A program made the translations under genes and the position numbers. From contig JBLHEU010000001.1 in NCBI GenBank assembly GCA_047614525.1, positions 1 to 48,163 of the forward strand: 48,163 nucleotides of DNA, in the 5' to 3' direction. Shown here piece after piece: positions 1 through 9,051 of this stretch; positions within the stretch are counted from its first letter, which is position 1; every line of letters starts with the position of its first letter. The notes beneath the pieces were generated by a model. That model worked only from the letters and a program-made list of their open reading frames with translations, was not told where the DNA came from and did not search any database. This stretch comes from Bacteroidia bacterium (GTDB lineage Bacteria; Bacteroidota; Bacteroidia; UBA10329).

Positions 1-1401
1 GTGAAAGGTGTTTCAATTCCGAAGAAATTCTTTGATGGAAGAAGTGCAGAAGGTGTATTTGAGCAAGCACAGGAAGACCATAAGAAAAACACAAATGTGA
101 ATGACGGAGCGTTAACTATTGTTTATCGAGATGATAAGGCGCAAAGCAAGGCGGCTGTATCATCGGATGTGTTCAGTCCGCACACGTATTGGAAAGACCA
201 AGACGCGAGCGGAGCGGCCATTTACAACTGGAGCGGTTGGTTTGATGGTTCATATAATGATGCCGCTGTAAAGCGCTACATGACGCTTACCAACCCGAAG
301 AATAAACTCATACTGGGCCCTTGGGAGCATGGCGGGAGTTTTAATGCTGGGCATACCAATTCGGGGCGTTCTGGCTTTGATCATATTGGAGAGGTTCTGC
401 GCTTTTTTGACCATCATCTTAAAGGTTGGAAAACGGGAGTTACCAAGGAGAAACCAGTTCATTATTTCACAATGGTGGAGGAAAAATGGAAAGCTTCTGA
501 TACTTGGCCGCCATCGAATACCGAGTACAGGCCTGTCTACTTTGAAGAAGGGAATTCACTTGCGTGGCGAAATAATTTTTCAACTCATCAAGCCAAAAAG
601 AGCGCGTTAAAACTTTGGGGAGATTCATTGAACAGACTAAAAAGTACGGGGATGAATAAAGTCCTTAAAAAACTGGAAGGAGAGGGTAAAGTTTCTCCGG
701 CAGACGAAAAGAAATTGGCCGCTTATCGTGAGATTGATGCAGAATACCAGCGGGTTTTGTCGGAGTTGAATGCAGAAGCGCCTCAGGTTAAGAAATGGCG
801 AGACAATAAAGGCGGAGCTGACATTTACCAAGTTGACACTACAACCACAATGGGCCGTTATGTGAAGTTTCGTTCGGTTTCAGGGGAGTTAAAAACGCCC
901 CATACATACCTGAATAGAACAGAGGCTGATACGCTTTTACTCGTCTATGATTCTGATCAATTGGAGCAAGACCTAGAAGTAACGGGCCATGCTTTGGTAG
1001 ATATTTTCTTAAGCTCGTCTACTACAGACGCTCAGGTTTTTGCCTACCTAGAAGACGTTGATGAAAACGGAAAAGTGCAATATGTAACAGAGGGTGAGTT
1101 ACGCGCTCTGCACAGAAAAGTGAGTAATGAAAAAGCGCCTTATAGTCAGATTGGGCCTTACCATTCTTATTTGAAGGAAGACGCGCTGCCGCTTAAACCG
1201 GGAGAAGTTGCGGAGATGAAATTCAGCATGCTCCCAATCTCATATCTCTTTAAAAAAGGACACCGTGTAAGAATTGCCATTGCTGGAGCGGATGCGGACC
1301 AATTTCGGAACATGACAAACGATGAACCGCTTTACACGATTCATCGTTCGTTTAAATACCCAAGTAGGGTAGAGTTACCAGTGGTTACGAAACAGCTTTA
1401 A
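1..1401 (+). CDS. CocE/NonD-family (X-Pro dipeptidyl-peptidase type) hydrolase, C-terminal part. The 5' end lies outside the window.
   Basis: The ORF is open to the window edge. It has an 'LILGPWEHGG' segment and a C-terminal beta-sandwich-like tail ('GHRVRIAIAGAD') typical of CocE/NonD hydrolases. Family assigned from motif memory. Confidence 0.65.
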   Translation: MKGVSIPKKFFDGRSAEGVFEQAQEDHKKNTNVNDGALTIVYRDDKAQSKAAVSSDVFSPHTYWKDQDASGAAIYNWSGWFDGSYNDAAVKRYMTLTNPKNKLILGPWEHGGSFNAGHTNSGRSGFDHIGEVLRFFDHHLKGWKTGVTKEKPVHYFTMVEEKWKASDTWPPSNTEYRPVYFEEGNSLAWRNNFSTHQAKKSALKLWGDSLNRLKSTGMNKVLKKLEGEGKVSPADEKKLAAYREIDAEYQRVLSELNAEAPQVKKWRDNKGGADIYQVDTTTTMGRYVKFRSVSGELKTPHTYLNRTEADTLLLVYDSDQLEQDLEVTGHALVDIFLSSSTTDAQVFAYLEDVDENGKVQYVTEGELRALHRKVSNEKAPYSQIGPYHSYLKEDALPLKPGEVAEMKFSMLPISYLFKKGHRVRIAIAGADADQFRNMTNDEPLYTIHRSFKYPSRVELPVVTKQL

Positions 1402-1786
1402 AGCGGTTCAGTAGCAAAGCTACGACTACTATATGCATCAAGTTTAGCGAGACTCCATACGCAATAGTCACTCCTGGAATCATCATAAACGGATTTGAGA
1501 AAGACAACACAAGAAGTACAATTGCCATAACGCTGAAATTCTTGTAGCCATTCTTGGTGTGTTTTAGAAATAACCAATAAACCACTGTTGCAAAAAGAGA
1601 CGGCATAATTGACGATGCGATTACAGGAATCAACGTCATGGGTGTATCAGGTTGCATTTGGATATCATCAGTAATGAAGCCCAAGGCGCCTGCAGCAAAG
1701 AATATTAAAGCATTAATAACAGCAGAGGCAACTCCTGCAATTGCTCCTGCCTTGAGTACCGGCATGTATGAAACTTGGTTTGACAT
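1385..1786 (-). CDS. Small integral membrane protein with about 4 TM helices (DUF6069-like?)
   Basis: 133-aa ORF with four hydrophobic stretches. It overlaps the 3' end of the convergent hydrolase ORF by 17 nt. The family name is tentative. Confidence 0.5.
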   Translation of the reverse strand: MSNQVSYMPVLKAGAIAGVASAVINALIFFAAGALGFITDDIQMQPDTPMTLIPVIASSIMPSLFATVVYWLFLKHTKNGYKNFSVMAIVLLVLSFSNPFMMIPGVTIAYGVSLNLMHIVVVALLLNRFKAVS

Positions 1787-1861
1787 GATATTGGTTTTGA
1801 TTAATTAATGTTTGAACATCGATATAAACTACCACATATCCTAATTGTTCATTAATTGATT

Positions 1862-2668
1862 CTAAACTTGAGACGGAATTGAAGTGTCGGGCTCGGCTTT
1901 TCCAGCTCTCCGCTCACAAACCTCCTCAAATGTTTCATCATACTTGGGGTGGTTAGTTCCCATTAATCTATCCCAAACATTGAAGTAGAGGCTGTAATTA
2001 CAGCTGAAATATTTGTGATGCATATTATGGTGTGTGGCCGTATTATGCCAGAAGGTGAGCTTGCTTTTAGTAAAACCTTTAGGGAACATTTCAAACCCTA
2101 AATGGCCGCCCATATTCAGCACAAACTGATAGAGAATCCAAGTGAGAATGGCGGCTGGATGAGCAGGAATTAAGACAATTACTAAAGGGAGATAAATGCC
2201 TTGAATAATGGCTTCGAGTGGATGAAACGAAAAGGCCGCCCATGGGGTTGGGTCGGTGCTTTTATGATGAATGAGGTGAACGTATTTGAAAACAGGTTTC
2301 CAATGCATTGCTCTATGTGTCCAATAAAACCAAGTATCGTGTAAAATGATGAGTGCTGGAATGCTTCCCCAGAAGTAAATCCAACCGTATTCGGTTATAT
2401 CGCCATAGAAATTACTAGAACCATTTTGAATCAAATACAAGGTAATCATGCTAATAACCGAGAATACCGCAATGGACGTGACCGAAAAGAAAATCTCCCG
2501 CTTTATGTCTTTGAACTTCGGCACCTTCTGCTGGATTTTCATTCTGAAAGTTCGTGATTGAAATATCACATAGAACAAGAGGTACGGAATTCCAGCAAAG
2601 AGCACGTACCGCATCAGGTCTTTACTTCCTGTAGCTATGAACCTATCGAGATAAACTTGCCATTCCAT
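1862..2668 (-). CDS. Sterol desaturase / fatty-acid hydroxylase superfamily membrane protein
   Basis: Histidine boxes 'HRAMHW', 'HLIHHKS' and 'HHNMHHKYF', plus an N-terminal TM region. Confidence 0.85.
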   Translation of the reverse strand: MEWQVYLDRFIATGSKDLMRYVLFAGIPYLLFYVIFQSRTFRMKIQQKVPKFKDIKREIFFSVTSIAVFSVISMITLYLIQNGSSNFYGDITEYGWIYFWGSIPALIILHDTWFYWTHRAMHWKPVFKYVHLIHHKSTDPTPWAAFSFHPLEAIIQGIYLPLVIVLIPAHPAAILTWILYQFVLNMGGHLGFEMFPKGFTKSKLTFWHNTATHHNMHHKYFSCNYSLYFNVWDRLMGTNHPKYDETFEEVCERRAGKAEPDTSIPSQV

Positions 2669-2890
2669 GGGTTAAATATAATGCAGTAAATTTTTAATCA
2701 TTATCCGTTTGTTTACAGATAGAGTTGTCCTGTAATTGTTTAGGGCCTATTGCTATACAATTGCAGATGTTGATACGCCTGAGGCGCACTGGATGACCCC
2801 ACTCTACCGGTTTTCGGGTATGAAAGCAGACAGTCATTTTTTACTCAACTTACGCTGAAGGAGGATTTTTGAATCTCAACAAAAGAGACA

Positions 2891-5800
2891 CTACATTTTA
2901 ACGAAGCGCTTGGTTAATGCGCTATTTCCAGAGATGAATCTAACGTGGTAAATACCATTAGCCAGACCAGAAGTGTTAATTGCATACGGCTTGCCCGTAA
3001 GCTGTGCGTTGCCGTTTGAATAAACCACCTGTCCGTTAGCGCTGATAATTTCAATCGACCCGTTTCCAAGTTCATTTCCCTTGTAGTCAACAATAACTTG
3101 GTCTGAGTTGGAGTAAACCAATAATTCAGAATCTTCTGCATTTTCAATTCCAGTTATAATTCTAGGAAGAAAGTGCAAGTAGAATCGATTGAGATATTCT
3201 CCAGATTCTAGATTAACCTGTATTTCTGTTTCTTCCGATAGCAAGGTCATTCCAGCCGCTTCATTGTCTTGGAAATAAACGTTGTAACCATCTAGGTTTT
3301 CCATGGTTCGTGGGTTAAATGTGTATTCGCCAGATTCGCCTGCCAAAACGCTCAACGGAACAACCTTTTCTTCAATTGGGTGTGGGAAAGCTATAATTGC
3401 ATACTCCTTGTTTTCATTGGTTGCAGCCAGAGCAATAGATGAGTTTCCTCTTAGTTTAACCGCATCATAAAGTCGGTCTTCGCCATCGGTTGCTTCCGAG
3501 TTCATTGCAACAAGAATTTCGTTGTATTTGTCATTTCCGTTAATGCTCAACCACAATCTCATTGGTGCTTCTTCCGTTTTTAAGAAAACGTTGTTGTTGC
3601 CAGATACACGCATGGAGTTGGTGAAATTTAGGCTCCCGGCAGTTGTAGTTCTTACAATAAAACCTTGGGCAGATGCTATAAATCCGTTTGGAGGTGTAGT
3701 TCCTGCGCCAGTTCCAATAGAACCAGACCCGTTCCAAACAGCATAATCGGTGTAGCTGTAACCTGAACCAGCGGTGAGGTCATCATCCCAAAAATATATT
3801 GAGCCATCAATGTTGGTGTTGGCAGATATTAACGCAGTTGCATTAAGTGCCCCAGGGTAAGGGTTACCAACTAGATTAAACGGAGTTCCAGGGTCCATAT
3901 TCCCAGGAATAAGTGGGTAAAAATCTATTGGGAAAGAAATGTTTGCATTATTGGCAGTACCTGTAAAGCTTGCCAAATTTGCCCCTCTTCCTGCGTAGCC
4001 TTTACCAATAGTCATTGTACCAGAAGCACCGCCCCAACCCGGATCCTGTGCATCATCAGAATAATCAATGGTTCCAAGGTTTGAGTTGTACGCTAGCGTT
4101 TGAAAGCCCGGCACAGACCCTCCTTGGGTTGGCGAACTCCAGTAGTTGTAAATCCCGTTGTAAATGGCTCCTTGGCGCAAAATAGTTACATCTCCGGTAA
4201 CTGATCCACCTCCATTAGTTGTTCCAGCACCATGAAGCAGCGTTGCTCCACTATTCATTAGAACTCCTCCATTTGAGTTGAGTGTTCCACCAGTAACAAA
4301 CAAGGTCCCAGTAATTTCTAGGACTCCTGCTGATGACATACCAAATGTTGAGAATGATGTTCCATCAACGTTTACCTCAGCTTCATTTGCAACAATTCGC
4401 CCACCAGGGCTTATTGATATTGAGCATGGATAAGCGTTTGAATTATTTGATTTAGCATAAAGTCTGTTTGCAACATTTAAGGCTCCAGAAACGGTAATGC
4501 TTCCACCTCTATTTCCTACAGAAGCACCATTAGTTCCATCAATGGCTACATCTCCCGCTGCATCCAGAATGCTTACTGTTTTGCCCGCAGCAATTACAAG
4601 GTCGAAGGTTGAGTTATTGTTGTTGTTGAAAATGCAAGCGCCAGCATAACGGAAGTTCATGTTTGAATTAAGGTTGATGGCGCCCGTTGCTCCAGCTTCT
4701 TTTCTCATCCGCCCTACATTAAAAGCTCCGTTACCGCTAAACGTGATTGGGTCTGTACCTCTAAGGTTGAAGCTAATCATGTCTGGGGTAGTGCCATTAC
4801 CAACTGTTCCTGCGTTGGTTACATCTCCAAATAAATCTATGTACTCTGGACTTGAAGTGTTGTTGGCATAAATCTTACCACCACTTTGTACCGTTAGTGA
4901 TTTCATATCATGCCCAGATACAGTTAAGCTAACCGTGTGTCCGGTTTGAACAACGACCTCCATAAATTCGCTAAAACCGCCAAATGCTGTAGCTAATTGA
5001 GGCGTTCCGTTTGGAACAAGATCCCAGATAGCAGAGTTGGTTCCACCGCTAGTTTGGCTGTAGAGAACCGTTCCATCGTTGTCGTTTATGTCAAAATCTA
5101 CAGAGGTTGAAGTTCCAGGAATGAGACCAGCCGAAAGGCTACCTCCTGTGAAACCCAATGTAGCAGTTTCGTCTCCTTCAACATCGGCATCGTCAACAAC
5201 CGTAAATGTGATTGAGCCAATTGAAGCCCCATTCAGAATTGTAATTACACCACCATTTGTCCATGTATAATCTGTAGCCGTAATACCTGTTCCGCTTGCG
5301 GATAACGTGACGGTTTGGTCTCCCGTTACGTTTCCGGAAGTTGTAGCTGTTATGGTTACAGTGCTAACAGCCCCTTCGGAACCTGAACCAGCGGAAGCAG
5401 AAAGCTCAACGCTTGGATTGGCAGACGCGATTGTAAAGTCTGTGCTAGATAGCGTTAGAGAGCTGTTGTTACCTGTCCAGTTGTTGATGTTGTTTGCTAA
5501 AGGTTGATAAGCAGCAATTGAAGCCTGGTCGTTTCTAGCATCCGAGAATTCCCAGTTATCCGATGTTGAAGAAGTGGTAAGGTTACCGTTAGCAACGTTT
5601 AATGATGCAGGTAGATATGAGTTGCTGTTTGATGGTACCCCAGCTGTTATCCAGCTAGTATTATTGGTAAAGCCGTAAACGAATGCTGGGCAAGTAGCTG
5701 TTCCTTCGTAAGCAAATAAATTATCCTGACTTGCGCTTAGGGCAAAACCACCAGCTGTGGATGAAGTTGTTCCAAGATCGAAACCAGAACCAGAAGTGTA

Positions 5801-7861
5801 AACGATTACTGTTCCTGTAGCAATAGCTGAGCCCGTGTTGTTTTGCCAAGTGATTGTTCCTTCGTTAGAATTTAGAGCAGAACCAGTCCATGCGTTCTCA
5901 GTAAAAGAAACCTCTGTGTTGTTTGGAATACTAGCCCAAACCGCAAAAGCAAATTGATCTGGCGCATCAGAATTGAACCCAATAATGCTTACGTCTCCAA
6001 CATTAAGTGTGGCGCTGTTCGGACAAACATCTCCATCCAAAGTGACATCTGCAGAAGATGCTGCGCCACCGCCACTAACTGCGGCTGTTCCTGTAATATT
6101 TCCGGCAGAAGCACCAGTTAATCTTACATAAATCGTAACAGGTTCTCCAACTACATTTCCTCCAGAAACCGCGATTGTAGGAATTGTGTTTGAGAAGGAA
6201 GAGTTGTCTAATGAGAATTGATACCCACCAACTGTAGTAATAGATAAATTGCCGGTCAGATTGTCTCCTTCAACGGTAAAGCTTTGAGAGGTAGAAGCTG
6301 TTCCAATGGTTGTATTGAATCCTGAGAGAGAGTTTGGCGACACGTTTATTAAGGCGATGGCAGGAGTACAATTGTTAGTGTAAGAGCCAATATCCGTGGT
6401 GTTGTTTGCAGCTACAGAACTCCACTCAGAAGCATTGTAAGTAGTAACAGGAACATCAACAGTAGCGTTTCTTCTAAGAGCAACGTTTTGTCCAAAGTTG
6501 GCTGAGCTACCAATCGTACCAACAACATCAATGTTGTTGCTGTTTTTACGCAGTGCAATCACATCGTTTCCATTGAAACTCATTACACCACCGTCTGTAG
6601 CGTTCGCTCCTGCGGTCAGTAATGCCGAAGAGTTTGCTGCGTAAATCGTGCTGTAAGCTGCAATAGTGCCGTTTAGACTAAGCGTGTTACTTACTGAGTT
6701 CGCTCCATTGTTGTACTTAACCAAGTCGTAAACACCAGCAAGGGTAACTGTAGAGCCTGTTGGATTATAAATTTCAATGTATTTCTCGTTACCAGACCCA
6801 GCTTCATGATACTCAGAAATGAAAAGCTCTGAGCATGATGTTGGAGGTGCAGGTGTTACATCTCCATCAAGCGCAACGTTGGCTGTTGTTGCACCACCGC
6901 CAGAAACCGCTGCACTTCCGTTAAAGTTTCCGGCAGAAGCACCTGTTAGTCTTACGTAAACCGTAAGTGGTTCTCCTGTTACATCTCCACCAGAAACAGG
7001 TATGATTGCAATGGTGGATGAAAATGATGAATTGTCTAGCGAGTACTCATAACCAGTAACGCCACCTAAGGCTAAGTTTCCGGTTAGGTTGTCTCCACTT
7101 ACAGTAAAGGTTTGGGTTGCTGATTCAGTTCCTTCGGGAGTAGAAAAACCGCTTAAAGTGGTCGGAGCTACTGTAATAGACGGGGTTGCTCCACCACCAG
7201 AGATGTCGTTAAACTGAAGATAATCGTAAGCCAACTCCTCGCTTCCAGAACCAAGCGACAGTGTAACTCTGATTTGCATGTCGCTTCCAGAGACGGTAAC
7301 ATCTTTGCTAAAGGCCGCAAATGTGTTGGTGAGGGCGGTGCCATCTCCAACATTATCTCCGTCTGTATCTAGGGCAGCACCGTTATTAGTGGCGTCACCA
7401 TTATTAATTCCGGCAAACATGATTGCGGTGGTCCAACCTCCAGCATCAACTTTGTATTCTACCTTCATGAAATCGGTAACATCAACTCCTCCAGCGCCAG
7501 CAGTTCCTTGGGCAAATAAGCCTGAGATGGTCACGTCTGTCATACCGGCAATAGGCTGAGTGTTGAAGGTTACCGTCTTGGGATTGTTGCCATTTCCCCC
7601 ATTATCATTAATGTCTTCTCCTGCCCAATAATTACTGTTGTTGGGTGAGGTGTAGCTACCAGAAACACCGCTTCCGTCTGTACGGCCGTAATGGTCACTA
7701 GAGCCATCGTTAAATTCATCGTCAACAGCATCAAGCGTGTAGCGAGTTCCTGCCCCATCGGTTTCAAAGTCTTCTGTCCAGAAAACTTGGCTGGTTGAAA
7801 CTAATGGGATGGCTAAGACAAATAATACTGTGTAAAGAATTGTCCGAACTGTGTTTTTCAT
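2891..7861 (-). CDS. Giant multidomain T9SS-secreted surface protein: N-terminal jelly-roll-like domain, duplicated ~110-aa modules flanking a lamin-tail domain (LTD), a Calx-beta-like domain, a Gly/Asn-rich beta-helix-like region and a type-A T9SS C-terminal domain
   Basis: Signal peptide 'MKNTVRTILYTVLFVLAIPLVSTSQ'. The ATG at 7861 is preferred over the GTG at 7885 because a -7 box overlaps 7885. LTD motif 'CSELFISEYHEAGSGNEKYIEIYNPT'. Calx-beta-like 'VVDDADVEGDETATLGF'. C-terminal 'GIYHVRFISGNSALTKRFVKM' sorting-domain pattern. Confidence 0.85.
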   Translation of the reverse strand: MKNTVRTILYTVLFVLAIPLVSTSQVFWTEDFETDGAGTRYTLDAVDDEFNDGSSDHYGRTDGSGVSGSYTSPNNSNYWAGEDINDNGGNGNNPKTVTFNTQPIAGMTDVTISGLFAQGTAGAGGVDVTDFMKVEYKVDAGGWTTAIMFAGINNGDATNNGAALDTDGDNVGDGTALTNTFAAFSKDVTVSGSDMQIRVTLSLGSGSEELAYDYLQFNDISGGGATPSITVAPTTLSGFSTPEGTESATQTFTVSGDNLTGNLALGGVTGYEYSLDNSSFSSTIAIIPVSGGDVTGEPLTVYVRLTGASAGNFNGSAAVSGGGATTANVALDGDVTPAPPTSCSELFISEYHEAGSGNEKYIEIYNPTGSTVTLAGVYDLVKYNNGANSVSNTLSLNGTIAAYSTIYAANSSALLTAGANATDGGVMSFNGNDVIALRKNSNNIDVVGTIGSSANFGQNVALRRNATVDVPVTTYNASEWSSVAANNTTDIGSYTNNCTPAIALINVSPNSLSGFNTTIGTASTSQSFTVEGDNLTGNLSITTVGGYQFSLDNSSFSNTIPTIAVSGGNVVGEPVTIYVRLTGASAGNITGTAAVSGGGAASSADVTLDGDVCPNSATLNVGDVSIIGFNSDAPDQFAFAVWASIPNNTEVSFTENAWTGSALNSNEGTITWQNNTGSAIATGTVIVYTSGSGFDLGTTSSTAGGFALSASQDNLFAYEGTATCPAFVYGFTNNTSWITAGVPSNSNSYLPASLNVANGNLTTSSTSDNWEFSDARNDQASIAAYQPLANNINNWTGNNSSLTLSSTDFTIASANPSVELSASAGSGSEGAVSTVTITATTSGNVTGDQTVTLSASGTGITATDYTWTNGGVITILNGASIGSITFTVVDDADVEGDETATLGFTGGSLSAGLIPGTSTSVDFDINDNDGTVLYSQTSGGTNSAIWDLVPNGTPQLATAFGGFSEFMEVVVQTGHTVSLTVSGHDMKSLTVQSGGKIYANNTSSPEYIDLFGDVTNAGTVGNGTTPDMISFNLRGTDPITFSGNGAFNVGRMRKEAGATGAINLNSNMNFRYAGACIFNNNNNSTFDLVIAAGKTVSILDAAGDVAIDGTNGASVGNRGGSITVSGALNVANRLYAKSNNSNAYPCSISISPGGRIVANEAEVNVDGTSFSTFGMSSAGVLEITGTLFVTGGTLNSNGGVLMNSGATLLHGAGTTNGGGSVTGDVTILRQGAIYNGIYNYWSSPTQGGSVPGFQTLAYNSNLGTIDYSDDAQDPGWGGASGTMTIGKGYAGRGANLASFTGTANNANISFPIDFYPLIPGNMDPGTPFNLVGNPYPGALNATALISANTNIDGSIYFWDDDLTAGSGYSYTDYAVWNGSGSIGTGAGTTPPNGFIASAQGFIVRTTTAGSLNFTNSMRVSGNNNVFLKTEEAPMRLWLSINGNDKYNEILVAMNSEATDGEDRLYDAVKLRGNSSIALAATNENKEYAIIAFPHPIEEKVVPLSVLAGESGEYTFNPRTMENLDGYNVYFQDNEAAGMTLLSEETEIQVNLESGEYLNRFYLHFLPRIITGIENAEDSELLVYSNSDQVIVDYKGNELGNGSIEIISANGQVVYSNGNAQLTGKPYAINTSGLANGIYHVRFISGNSALTKRFVKM

Positions 7862-7884
7862 GACGATTTGTGTGTTGAGGAACA

Positions 7885-7892
7885 CAAATTTA
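7885..7892 (-). promoter_or_regulatory. Bacteroidota-type -7 promoter box TAAATTTG for the giant T9SS gene
   Basis: Perfect TAnnTTTG on the minus strand, 23 nt upstream of the ATG at 7861. Confidence 0.4.
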
Positions 7893-7972
7893 ACTCACCA
7901 AGCAGAATAACAATGTTAACTAAACGTTATAGTTATCAGAAGCAATTAACAATTTTCATTAACAACTGTTAA

Positions 7973-9007
7973 TTACCACCTCACAGCAACCTTTCCCATT
8001 GACTTTCGGCCTTCCACAAACTCATGCGCTTCGGCTATGTTTTCTGCTTTAAATTCTGCTCCAACAACTGGTTTTATTTCGTCTGCTTTCCATAAGTCAA
8101 CTACCGCTTTCATTGTTCTAGATAAAACTTCTGGACGGTCGTCTGCTACATGAAGCATGTTCACTCCAATCATTCCTCGGGAGTTCATTAGAAGCTGAAT
8201 TGGAGTGAATAACCCGAAGTTGGCGGCCAGTTTTAATTGGTTCACTACAGCTAATCCGCCAGCAACTTGCTCTGCGGCTCCGTAGCCAACAATTCTTCCG
8301 CCTTTTCCAAGGCTGTTAAATCCTTTTGAGTATGATTTTCCACCAAGCGAATCGAAAACAATATCCAATCCACGAGAACCCAATTTGTCTTTAATCACTT
8401 TGGCAAAATCTTGCTTTTGGTAGTTGATCGGATGATGAACGCCTTGTTCTTGGATGTACTTCAGTTTTTTATTGGAACCAGCCGTACCGTAAATGGTGCA
8501 GCCTTTTCGTTTTAGCAATTGAATCAACGCAGTTCCAACACCGCCAGCGGCCGCCTGTACAAGCACGTGGTCTTCCGGAAAAACAGAAACACGCTCCTCG
8601 GCACAATGGTAAGCCGTGCAATATTGAACAGCTAAAGCTAATGCTTCTCCAAGTGGAATGTCTTCAGGAATGGGCTGCACCGCTCTTTCATCAGCCAATA
8701 CATGTGTAGAATATCCACCAAAGCGAGAGAATGCCACAACGCGTGTTCCTGCAGGAACTTTCTCTCCGTTAATCAAAGATTCGTCCATTGTTCTACCAAC
8801 AGACTCATACCCAACAACGCAAGGAGTTGGGGGCGCATCTTGATAAAGACCTTTCCGCGCCATAATATCGGCAAAGTTGATTCCGAAGCCTTCGGTTTCA
8901 ACACGTATATGCCCTTCCTTTTGGGCTGGAATTTCAGACTCTTTTAACTCAAATGCTGTTCGGGCACTTCCGTGACGAACTATAAAGTACGACTGTTGTT
9001 TTTCCAT
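7973..9007 (-). CDS. Zinc-type/MDR-family NAD(P)H quinone oxidoreductase (VAT-1-like subgroup)
   Basis: 'GINFADIMARKGLYQDAPPTPCVVGYESVG' and a Rossmann motif 'AAAGGVGTALIQL'. The likely start is 'MEKQQSYFIV', not the first M of the ORF. Confidence 0.85.
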   Translation of the reverse strand: MEKQQSYFIVRHGSARTAFELKESEIPAQKEGHIRVETEGFGINFADIMARKGLYQDAPPTPCVVGYESVGRTMDESLINGEKVPAGTRVVAFSRFGGYSTHVLADERAVQPIPEDIPLGEALALAVQYCTAYHCAEERVSVFPEDHVLVQAAAGGVGTALIQLLKRKGCTIYGTAGSNKKLKYIQEQGVHHPINYQKQDFAKVIKDKLGSRGLDIVFDSLGGKSYSKGFNSLGKGGRIVGYGAAEQVAGGLAVVNQLKLAANFGLFTPIQLLMNSRGMIGVNMLHVADDRPEVLSRTMKAVVDLWKADEIKPVVGAEFKAENIAEAHEFVEGRKSMGKVAVRW

Positions 9008-9051
9008 CGGCTTAAAGCTACACATCAAACACAATCCATTCCTTTGTGGTA

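Noticed and set aside
2669-2890. 222-bp intergenic region between the hydroxylase start and the giant-gene stop, examined for a terminator, sRNA or small ORF
   Set aside because: I found only short (4-6 bp) stems without U-tracts and a 9-codon ORF. Nothing there is supportable.
7859-7889. The hairpin around the giant gene's start, considered as an mRNA translation-blocking structure
   Set aside because: Half of the inverted repeat overlaps the -7 promoter box and would lie upstream of the likely transcription start. The full hairpin is therefore probably not in the mRNA. I kept it only as a possible DNA operator (see findings).
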